A stretch of DNA of 15,119 bases from Candidatus Micrarchaeota archaeon. Its GTDB lineage: Archaea > Micrarchaeota > Micrarchaeia > Norongarragalinales > SBBD01. The DNA lies in contig JBBSVW010000076.1 of the NCBI GenBank assembly GCA_038046605.1, forward strand, positions 1 to 15,119, read 5' to 3'. Numbering within the stretch: the stretch's first letter is position 1; each line of letters starts with the position of its first letter. The position numbers and the translations under genes are program-made. The notes under the pieces were generated by a model. That model had not been told where the DNA came from, ran no database searches, and saw only the letters and a list, made by a program, of their open reading frames with translations. Of this stretch, positions 1-7,041 are shown piece by piece.

Positions 1-137
1 ATTCGCCTTGCCAATATGGAATAACGCATCAAGTAATTGTGGAGTGGTAAATTGGGGGGCACAAGAAACGATTTGGGAAAAAGCTGAAAAATCATTTATC
101 TCGAATCTATCAGTAATGATTTGCGCTTTTCCCCCTC

Positions 138-413
138 TTACCTTTGCATTCTTTTAAGGACATCTGATTCGCTTTTTATCCCCAGCCTTTTCGCATGCTC
201 ATTCCCTTCCCTTATTGCCTCCTCAAGCATTTCGGAAGCAGTAGGCACACTGATCATTTTGAAAATTATCATTTCAGGTGTTGCTGTGACTGCGAATTTG
301 GAACCGGGCAATAGGTGCCTCATCCTTCGAATCCTGCCCGGGATAACCACCTGCCCTTTTGGGGAAAGTGTCGTAATGTCCACATCGTTCTCATCTTTCA
401 TAATAGCCACCAT
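138..413 (-). CDS. AbrB/MazE/SpoVT-family DNA-binding protein (antitoxin-like), 91 aa; alternative start ATG 401
   Basis: N-terminal motif DITTLSPKGQVVIPGRIRR...PGSKFAV is the typical AbrB/SpoVT swapped-hairpin signature. A TATA-like box lies 25 nt upstream of ATG 413. Confidence 0.85.
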   Translation of the reverse strand: MVAIMKDENDVDITTLSPKGQVVIPGRIRRMRHLLPGSKFAVTATPEMIIFKMISVPTASEMLEEAIREGNEHAKRLGIKSESDVLKRMQR

Positions 414-446
414 AAGTAAATCTATTTTACTTTCTTACTTTATAAT
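414..446 (-). promoter_or_regulatory. TATA box plus palindromic operator of the AbrB-like gene
   Basis: TTTATAAT 439-446 (ATTATAAA on minus). Perfect inverted repeat AAGTAAA-N5-TTTACTT at 414-432, plus an extra TTACTT half-site at 435-440, between the TATA box and the start codon. Confidence 0.6.
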
Positions 447-513
447 GGTATCGTCCTTATTTAGGCAAAATTCATGTGTTCAACCTGGCGCTCTTGCATA
501 TGGGGCCCAATCG

Positions 514-558
514 GAATCTTTAAATATTATTAAGCTATTATTAAGTATTATAAAGTTG
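514..558 (+). promoter_or_regulatory. TATA box overlapped by three 10-bp direct repeats (putative operator) upstream of the AlbA_2/RecG-C gene
   Basis: TTTAAATA 519-526; TATTATTAAG 525-534 and 536-545; TATTATAAAG 546-555; ATG at 564. Confidence 0.65.
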
Positions 559-563
559 AGAAT

Positions 564-1898
564 ATGCAAGAATTCGAAAGCCAGGGCTTGGAACTCAAGC
601 GCGAAATAGAAAATTTCAAGGATGCATCTAAGGCTGTTTGCGCATTTGCAAACACATCCGGAGGGCGCTTGATAATAGGGATATCTTCGGATGGGAAGGT
701 TACGGGCGTGCCGGGCAATTTGGATTCACTCCAGCAAAGGCTTGAAGGGGCAATCCAGCAGGTTTCGCCAGTGCCTTTCCACAAAATTATGGTTGAGGAG
801 CGTGAAGGGAAAAAGGTTGTTGCTGTTGAAATCTACCCCATCGGACAAGGCGCATTCTGCACTTTCGGCGGAATCGTCTACTACCGCGCTGGCAGCACAA
901 ATTCGAAACTCGAGGGCAGGACCCTTCAGGACTATCTGATAAAGCGCCAGATTCTCTCATTCGATGAATCCGCAAGCAAGGCAAAAATTGGCGATATGGA
1001 TTTAGGCAAGCTATCCTCCTTCCTGAAAAAACGCTCTCCCGAGGTGGATTTTGAGGAACGCAAGGCAAAAGAATACTTGGTCAATTTGGGCGTGGCGCAG
1101 CAAAACGGGACTTACGCCATCAAGAATGCAGGCCTTCTTTTTTTTGCAAAGGAGATCGCAATCTTCCTTCCCCAAAGCGAAATCAAGCTCGCAAAATTCA
1201 AGGGCAACTCGCCAGTTGAAATAATCGACTCCAGGTTCGCCACATCGACTTTATTGGAAAATCTAAAGGAAGCGGAGGATTTCATACGCAAGAACACGCG
1301 CACAAGCATTCGAATTGAAAAGGTGCAGCGCGACGAAGTGCCCGAATATCCCCTGAAAGTGATACGCGAAGCGCTTGTCAATGCCCTTGTCCATCGCGAT
1401 TATTTCAGCAAGGATGCCGTGCAAATAAACATTTTCGACAATCGGATTGAGTTCCTAAACCCCGGAACGCTCCCAACGGGTTTAAGCAGGGAAATATTGG
1501 GGACCCTTTCAATCCAGCGCAACCCCCTAACCTATAGGCTTATGCGCGACATGGGGCTTATGGAGGGGCTGGCTACTGGCATCCCCAGAATGAGGGAGGC
1601 TATGTTGGAAAATGGCCTTCCCGAGCCGCGATTTGAAGAGCTGGGAAGTTTCTTTAGGGTCACTATTTACAGCCAGCAATTGGCGCCTAAGGGCGTTTTG
1701 AATGAAAGGCAAACAAGGGCGCTTGCATATTTGGAAAAAAATCCCTCAATCTCATCAAAAACATACGGCCAACTGGTTAAGGTTTCAAATCCTGTAGCGG
1801 TTTTAGACCTAAATGGCCTATGCAAGGAAGGTCTCCTTAAAAAAGTGGGCAAAACTCGGGGATCTTATTACATTAAAGCCCAACTTAATAATATTTAA
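564..1898 (+). CDS. AlbA_2 (Schlafen-like) domain + 'ATP-dependent DNA helicase RecG C-terminal' (HATPase_c_4) domain + C-terminal winged HTH; putative transcriptional regulator, 444 aa
   Basis: Motifs ESQGLELKR...VCAFANTSGGRLIIGISSDG (AlbA_2); EYPLKVIREALVNALVHRDY...IFDNRIEFLNPG...RNP...MEGLATGIPRM (HATPase_c_4); LNERQ...ISSKTY...DLNGLCKEGLLKKVGKTRGSYY (wHTH). Confidence 0.9.
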   Translation: MQEFESQGLELKREIENFKDASKAVCAFANTSGGRLIIGISSDGKVTGVPGNLDSLQQRLEGAIQQVSPVPFHKIMVEEREGKKVVAVEIYPIGQGAFCTFGGIVYYRAGSTNSKLEGRTLQDYLIKRQILSFDESASKAKIGDMDLGKLSSFLKKRSPEVDFEERKAKEYLVNLGVAQQNGTYAIKNAGLLFFAKEIAIFLPQSEIKLAKFKGNSPVEIIDSRFATSTLLENLKEAEDFIRKNTRTSIRIEKVQRDEVPEYPLKVIREALVNALVHRDYFSKDAVQINIFDNRIEFLNPGTLPTGLSREILGTLSIQRNPLTYRLMRDMGLMEGLATGIPRMREAMLENGLPEPRFEELGSFFRVTIYSQQLAPKGVLNERQTRALAYLEKNPSISSKTYGQLVKVSNPVAVLDLNGLCKEGLLKKVGKTRGSYYIKAQLNNI

Positions 1899-1947
1899 TA
1901 ATACTTAATAATAACCTAATAATATTTAATAATAATTTAAGGATTTC
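1881..1947 (+). repeat. Tandem array of five 10-bp units (C/T)(T/C)TAATAATA overlapping the stop codon; reverse complement of the promoter repeats at 525-555
   Basis: Units: 1884-1893 CTTAATAATA, 1894-1903 TTTAATAATA, 1904-1913 CTTAATAATA, 1915-1924 CCTAATAATA, 1925-1934 TTTAATAATA. Confidence 0.9.
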
Positions 1948-2002
1948 TTGCCTCCAATTCGTTGATTTTCATCGTTTCCAATCAGCCAAACCTTAGGTCC
2001 GA

Positions 2003-2962
2003 TCAGCACGCCGCCGTGCTCACATTATAAGTCGCATTATGCGGATAATCCAGCTTGAACCACGAGTAGCTGCTGTTAGTTACATCGCATCCCCCGAATA
2101 CGCTTGAATTGAAATACAAATGGTCGATGATGGTCTGGTTGCCCTTGGTGGGATGCCCGACTGCGGCAATTTTCTGCAGGTTCACAAAGCTCTCCAGCCC
2201 GATAACCCGCGGCGAGAGGGCCGCATACTTGCCCTGCAGGTAATTCTTCCCCTCCATCCGGTCAAGGAAGCTCCCGCCGTCATCGGTGCCCATATAAACT
2301 TCCTGCGTTATCGCCTGATCCACTGACCAACTGCCGTAAACCGTAAAGTTCGCCCGTTTGATGAGCCTTTTTATGAAGCCGTTGGTATTCAGCGGATAAA
2401 GCACATCCTCCATGCCTTCCAATGGCAAAATATAGCTCTCATTGTAAGTGCGCACAATCGAGACGATGCCATCGGTGTCCGTCGCATTTACGAACAGGAG
2501 CAGGGAAAATTGGAGGTTGAAGCTGTCGTAAGGCGCCACATTCAAATACAGGATGGTGATGTTCGTATCGAACCCGAACCGCCTCCCTTGGGCGCTCATT
2601 CGACTTGCCCAATCCAGCAAAGAGGAGCCCGCCATGAATTGCGAACTCTTGTTATAGATGGTGGCATTGTACATCAGTTCGACAATGCCCGCCTGCGAAT
2701 TGTTCAGGGCGGTGCCGTCCACGTCAATTTCGTTCACCGCGGAAATCAGCGCCCGCTTGGAGGTGATGGCAAAAATCCGGGGCACATCCTGCGAGATGGA
2801 ATTCGCAAAATTAGAAATCTCTATCCCCCTGATTTTCAGCGAAGCCAGCTCGTCGCGGGAGCCCGCCGCCTCCTGATAAGTGATTAGGTACAGCAGGATG
2901 GGCACGACTAGCAAAAGCGTGATCAGCGAATACACGATGCCTTTGTGCTTCCCTCTTGGCAT
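2003..2962 (-). CDS. Pilin-like/pilus-associated exported protein with class III-like signal peptide, 319 aa
   Basis: Start reassigned to ATG 2962, giving MPRGKHKG|IVYSLITLLLVVPILLYLI (basic-Gly followed by a hydrophobic helix). Contains EDVLYPLNTNG, GGSFLDRMEG and GLESFV motifs, which I recognise from archaeal pilin-cluster proteins. Many N-x-S/T sequons. Confidence 0.75.
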   Translation of the reverse strand: MPRGKHKGIVYSLITLLLVVPILLYLITYQEAAGSRDELASLKIRGIEISNFANSISQDVPRIFAITSKRALISAVNEIDVDGTALNNSQAGIVELMYNATIYNKSSQFMAGSSLLDWASRMSAQGRRFGFDTNITILYLNVAPYDSFNLQFSLLLFVNATDTDGIVSIVRTYNESYILPLEGMEDVLYPLNTNGFIKRLIKRANFTVYGSWSVDQAITQEVYMGTDDGGSFLDRMEGKNYLQGKYAALSPRVIGLESFVNLQKIAAVGHPTKGNQTIIDHLYFNSSVFGGCDVTNSSYSWFKLDYPHNATYNVSTAAC

Positions 2963-3088
2963 AATTCTTATCCCGAAATCCTTATGTTGTTTTCCAATTG
3001 ATCGAATATTCTTAAAACGAAGATGCGAAAAATATCTATTGCGATTTGATGTGCCGTGCATCCTTTTTTACCCTGCGCATTTTTTTTC

Positions 3089-3198
3089 TACACCCAAACC
3101 GAAATCGTCATATCCACAACACCTCGAGGGGGATAATCCCCCTACTCGTGTTGCCTCTACCCCCTTATTTACACCCAAACCGAAATCGTCATATCCAC
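3089..3198. repeat. Exact 29-bp direct repeat (3089-3117 and 3170-3198) duplicating the last codons of the large vWA gene around a 52-bp insert
   Basis: TACACCCAAACCGAAATCGTCATATCCAC occurs twice. On minus both copies read V-D-M-T-I-S-V-W-V-stop (TAA in the gene, TAG in the copy). Confidence 0.95.
3117..3165 (-). other. G-rich hairpin element, copy A (homologous to 12943-12988)
   Basis: Minus strand AGGGGGTAGAGGCAACACGAGTAGGGGGATTATCCCCCTCGAGGTGTTG. Outer stem CAACAC/GTGTTG, inner stem AGGGGGA/TCCCCCT. Confidence 0.7.
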
Positions 3199-6100
3199 CG
3201 GCCCCCAGGCGTTGGGCACAAGCTGCAGCACGTTCGCCTGCGCGTTGACCTCCCCGCCGATGATGATATCTATTGGGTTTGTGCTCTCGCCCGCATTTCC
3301 TGAATTTGAAGGAATGGTGAAATAATTGAGCTGTATGAGCAATGTCAAAATTGCGCAGTCCATCGCATCGCCGTTGGGATCGCTGCACGAAAGGAGGCTT
3401 GCCACATCAACTGGCGCAGGATCAAAGCAATTGCTCGTCAGGCTGGGTGTGCAGAGGGGCAAATCCGCCCCAAACGCAACGTTCGTGGAGCCGTCCTCTA
3501 TACCGTCATGGTTGTTGTCGTAATAGATGGTAACATTCTTCCCCTTCAGGTTCGGGTAGATGTTCCCATACGATGTTGATGCCTTCAATCTGGATGTGTA
3601 AATCACCCTGTTGAACGTGGAGCAATTCTGGCTCGTGAATGTTTTATTCAATCCGAGTTCGTCCTTCACATAGTTGAATTCATCCGTTTTCAGGAGGCTC
3701 ACCGGCAAATAAACGTGGAACGGGTCGCCCATATCCGTGTATAATAAGTTGAAACTGGTCAAATTGAAAACATTCTTGAATCCCGATGTAGCCGACGAAT
3801 TCACATAAGCTCCGCTCGTCCAGTAATTTCCGGAATAGCTGGTCATCTTTGCATCCACAATTGGATTAGCAATGTTCGATGGCGGTATGAAAAACGAGCC
3901 GTTGCAGCCTGGGAAAGTGTCGGTTTCCGATGTTACCTGTATGACCTTGTATTCGGGCGCCGGCACAGCTGGCGTATATTGGAATTCTATATACGATTCC
4001 GGGTAAAGCGTTGCTCGCGTGAGGTTTCCGGAGAATGTGATTTCCTGCGTGGCAGTAGTTTTGGTGTTGATATTGAGGGCGATTTGGCAATAGATGTTTC
4101 TTAGTTCTGAAGCATTCGTGCTTGTGTAGAAGGTGCCATTTCCCGCTTCTGCAATAGCCTCCAACGTTTGATTCGCATTCAGGCAACTAGCCAAAGGCCC
4201 GAATCCAACCGAATCGATTGTCACATTTGAGAAGGATTTGAATATCCTGTCCGCGGAATACATTGCATTCATGGATGCATACGACTGGTTGAAGAAATTG
4301 GCGCAGTTTTCATAGGAGCCGTCGGTGCCGCATGAGTTGCTCGTCCCGGAAGTATTGCCCTCAAAATCCTGCGCAAGGAATGCCGTCACGATCCACGAAT
4401 TCCCATTCCACATCACGATTCTTCCGGTACCGCCAACCGCATAGCCCTCGGAGGAATTGAGAATGGCTATCGCTTTCAGGGGGTCATTGGTATTAGGGAG
4501 TGTATATGCCGTGGTGGTGTTGATTGGGGGTGTGGGGATCCACCGGTATATCCGGCCTGTCGAAGTTGAGGCGAACGCAAGAGTCGAATTGGCAAAGGAT
4601 ATTCCCCTGATGTCAGGAGTGCTTGATGCCCTCTCCCTGAACCAATTGTTTCCTCCGTTCCAGCGGTATATTTCATCGGCATCCGTTCCCGCCAATGCGA
4701 GCGTGGAATTCCAGCCATCAAGTGAGTAAATGACCTGTCCTCCCAAATCCACATGCTGCTCCCAATTCGATTTCAAACCCTTCCATGCCCATATTTGCCC
4801 AGATGTGGTGCCTGCAAAAGCCCAGGAGCCGTTGGCGATGGTGACGGAATACCATGTCTGTGTGCCAGTATCATTGAACACCGCCCAATTCGCGCCATTC
4901 CAGCCGTATATTTCCCCATTTGCACCGACAGCGAAGCCGAATGTATCGTTCCACATATCTAATGCATTCAAATTGGAGCCTCCAACATCCTGGCTTAAAG
5001 CCCATGAATTTCCATTCCAGAAATATATCTCTCCCGCATTGGCCGCTGCGAAAGCGTAAGTTGAGTTGAGCATTGAAATTGCATTTATATGCTGGGTTGT
5101 GAGCGTTCCCTGAAAGCCCCAATAATTGCCCGTACGCCTGCTTACATTGCCATTATTTTGAACAACCATGCTGCTATACCCTCCCGTGTTGCTAGCCGCC
5201 ACTCCGTTGATTACACTGCAGGTGGTAGTAGGTATGCTTCTTTGGTTGGTCTGGCCGTCCGTCATGACAATCACGTACTTCTGCCTTGCCGGCGAGCTCT
5301 GGGTTTTCAGGATTTCCCACGCGCGGTTTATGGCGCAAGATACGCAAGTGCTTCCGCTTGGAACGTAGCCGTTGATCATATTCGTCAAATACGTGAGGTT
5401 AGCGGTCCCGCCGTTCTGCAAGCTGGTATTGTGCACGGCGCTTGTGCTGAAATTTACAATTGCCACTCGGTTCCCCAACAATGGCGTCCCGCCGCCGCAG
5501 GCAGACGTGTTCCCGCCTAAAATGGCATTGATGAAGTCCTTGTCCAAGCATCTCGCTACCGAAATCCTGTTCGTATTCGGATCGCTGTATACTGCGGGAT
5601 TGTTGCAGTCGACGATGTTATTCCCCGAACTTCCGCTGTCCATTTGCCATGCCATGCTCCCCGAAACATCCGTAATTAACACCACGTCTACCGTGCCGTT
5701 GAGCTTGCCGCCGGTAATGTTCGCGCCGGTTAGGAACCTCAAGGGCATCGTATTCTGGCTCAAATCCACGTACGTTATCCCATTGGCTGCGAACAGCGCC
5801 GTGAAATTGGCATTGTTGATCGTTATGCTCTCGGTCTGATTGTTGCCGGTGTGGTTGAGGAAAGTGGTGTTTCCGATCAGGCCTAATGTCGTATAATTGG
5901 CAAACGAATACAGCCTGATGAGCGCGTTCATCGAGGTAATGTTTCCGGGAACATAAAACGAATCATACAGGTTCACGAGCCCGTCGATTCCGGGAAAACG
6001 GTATCTCATCGTGCCGTTGATGTAAGGGATGAGCTGGCTCGTGGTATAAGTTACCCTCAAATAGCCGCCTCCGAAATATTGCTTCGTGATGTTCGCGCTC

Positions 6101-6912
6101 GGGAAAACGAACGTGAAATTATTCATCCCGCCTGCCGTGAAACCGGAAATGAACGAATCATTCGAAAGGATGGTCCAGTTATTGACCGAAAAGTTGCCCC
6201 CGCTCACATTGAACAGTTTGCAATTTGAGCTGTTCCCGTTGAGGCACATCAAGAAGTTGCTTTCCGAATTCACTTCCAAATAAATTTTATTTATGGTTGA
6301 GTTGATCGGCACGTCCGTGATGGTCGCAGTAAGGTTCCCCTCCCCCACGAACCCGCCGAAGAAGAAATAAGCGTTATCCTCCTTCCCGAGGATGTTCTCA
6401 AGGAAGGCCCTTGCGACGAATCCGGTTGAATTCCTGTTCCTCGCAAATCCCGATGCGGCCTTCCTGCTTGCAGAAACGAAATTGGTGGCGTTCATCACTG
6501 TGGAATTGTAAATAGTGTCGCTCCCGTTGATGATGAAGCTCCATTTTAGCTCTGCAGATATCAGCCCCCCCAGAAGCGCCTTTGTAATATTGGCAGCATC
6601 CCCAAGGTCCTGCGGCGTCTGCGAAGCGGATAAGCTGCCCAGCACATCAAGCAAAGTCGAATTCAAATCCTCTTCTGTCAAAGCCGGCGGCACCCTGTTG
6701 AACATCGACGCAATCACCGGTTCGTATCTTACATCCCTGATTTTCGTCTTCGAGAGCACGTCTATTGCATCCTCCGCCTGAAGGTGCAAATATTGTGAAG
6801 AGGTCTGGGGTGCGGGGCTTCTTGAAGTGAGCAAGGCCACAATCGGGATGAGAGCCAGCACTATCAAAAGCGCCAGTATCGCATCAATTGTGAACGCTAT
6901 CCCCTTGCCCAT
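3169..6912 (-). CDS. Giant pilin-like adhesin: class III-like signal, vWA domain with intact MIDAS, inserted 7-repeat beta-propeller-like module, ~1247 aa
   Basis: Start ATG 6912 after an AGGTG RBS; MGKG|IAFTIDAILALLIVLALI. vWA motifs VDVVLITDVSGSM (DxSxS at 5656-5670), NRVAIVNFS, GSTCVSCAI, YVIVMTDG, TIDSVGFG and GNGTFY. Trp-rich ~40-aa repeats at ~4378-5211. Confidence 0.88.
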   Translation of the reverse strand: MGKGIAFTIDAILALLIVLALIPIVALLTSRSPAPQTSSQYLHLQAEDAIDVLSKTKIRDVRYEPVIASMFNRVPPALTEEDLNSTLLDVLGSLSASQTPQDLGDAANITKALLGGLISAELKWSFIINGSDTIYNSTVMNATNFVSASRKAASGFARNRNSTGFVARAFLENILGKEDNAYFFFGGFVGEGNLTATITDVPINSTINKIYLEVNSESNFLMCLNGNSSNCKLFNVSGGNFSVNNWTILSNDSFISGFTAGGMNNFTFVFPSANITKQYFGGGYLRVTYTTSQLIPYINGTMRYRFPGIDGLVNLYDSFYVPGNITSMNALIRLYSFANYTTLGLIGNTTFLNHTGNNQTESITINNANFTALFAANGITYVDLSQNTMPLRFLTGANITGGKLNGTVDVVLITDVSGSMAWQMDSGSSGNNIVDCNNPAVYSDPNTNRISVARCLDKDFINAILGGNTSACGGGTPLLGNRVAIVNFSTSAVHNTSLQNGGTANLTYLTNMINGYVPSGSTCVSCAINRAWEILKTQSSPARQKYVIVMTDGQTNQRSIPTTTCSVINGVAASNTGGYSSMVVQNNGNVSRRTGNYWGFQGTLTTQHINAISMLNSTYAFAAANAGEIYFWNGNSWALSQDVGGSNLNALDMWNDTFGFAVGANGEIYGWNGANWAVFNDTGTQTWYSVTIANGSWAFAGTTSGQIWAWKGLKSNWEQHVDLGGQVIYSLDGWNSTLALAGTDADEIYRWNGGNNWFRERASSTPDIRGISFANSTLAFASTSTGRIYRWIPTPPINTTTAYTLPNTNDPLKAIAILNSSEGYAVGGTGRIVMWNGNSWIVTAFLAQDFEGNTSGTSNSCGTDGSYENCANFFNQSYASMNAMYSADRIFKSFSNVTIDSVGFGPLASCLNANQTLEAIAEAGNGTFYTSTNASELRNIYCQIALNINTKTTATQEITFSGNLTRATLYPESYIEFQYTPAVPAPEYKVIQVTSETDTFPGCNGSFFIPPSNIANPIVDAKMTSYSGNYWTSGAYVNSSATSGFKNVFNLTSFNLLYTDMGDPFHVYLPVSLLKTDEFNYVKDELGLNKTFTSQNCSTFNRVIYTSRLKASTSYGNIYPNLKGKNVTIYYDNNHDGIEDGSTNVAFGADLPLCTPSLTSNCFDPAPVDVASLLSCSDPNGDAMDCAILTLLIQLNYFTIPSNSGNAGESTNPIDIIIGGEVNAQANVLQLVPNAWGPVDMTISVWV

Positions 6913-7041
6913 GCTTCGCACCTGAAAATTTATAGCCCCGAAACGGATGAAAATTCAAAAATATTTTATTTTGTAAACATTTTCGTCTTCCTTTGCTGCT
7001 TAAGCCCGCAAGTGCCTTTTCCCATACTCAAAACATGCCGT

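Noticed and set aside
3-50. Possible 3' end of a plus-strand gene (SPCQYGITHQVIVEW-stop)
   Set aside because: Too short to support; other frames are equally possible.
2963-3061. 33-aa N-terminal extension of the 352-aa ORF
   Set aside because: It runs through AT-rich intergenic sequence; ATG 2962 gives a canonical short basic leader before the hydrophobic helix.
3089-3198. Minimal CRISPR array (two 29-bp repeats, 52-bp spacer)
   Set aside because: One repeat is the conserved coding 3' end of the vWA gene. There are only two copies, no cas genes or leader, and the 'spacer' is itself a repeated hairpin.
3068-3388. 106-aa minus ORF with duplicated GYDDFGLGV peptide (and the plus-strand ORFs 2880-3248 and 3046-3303)
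   Set aside because: Off-frame read-through of the vWA gene end; the peptide repeat merely reflects the 29-bp DNA duplication.
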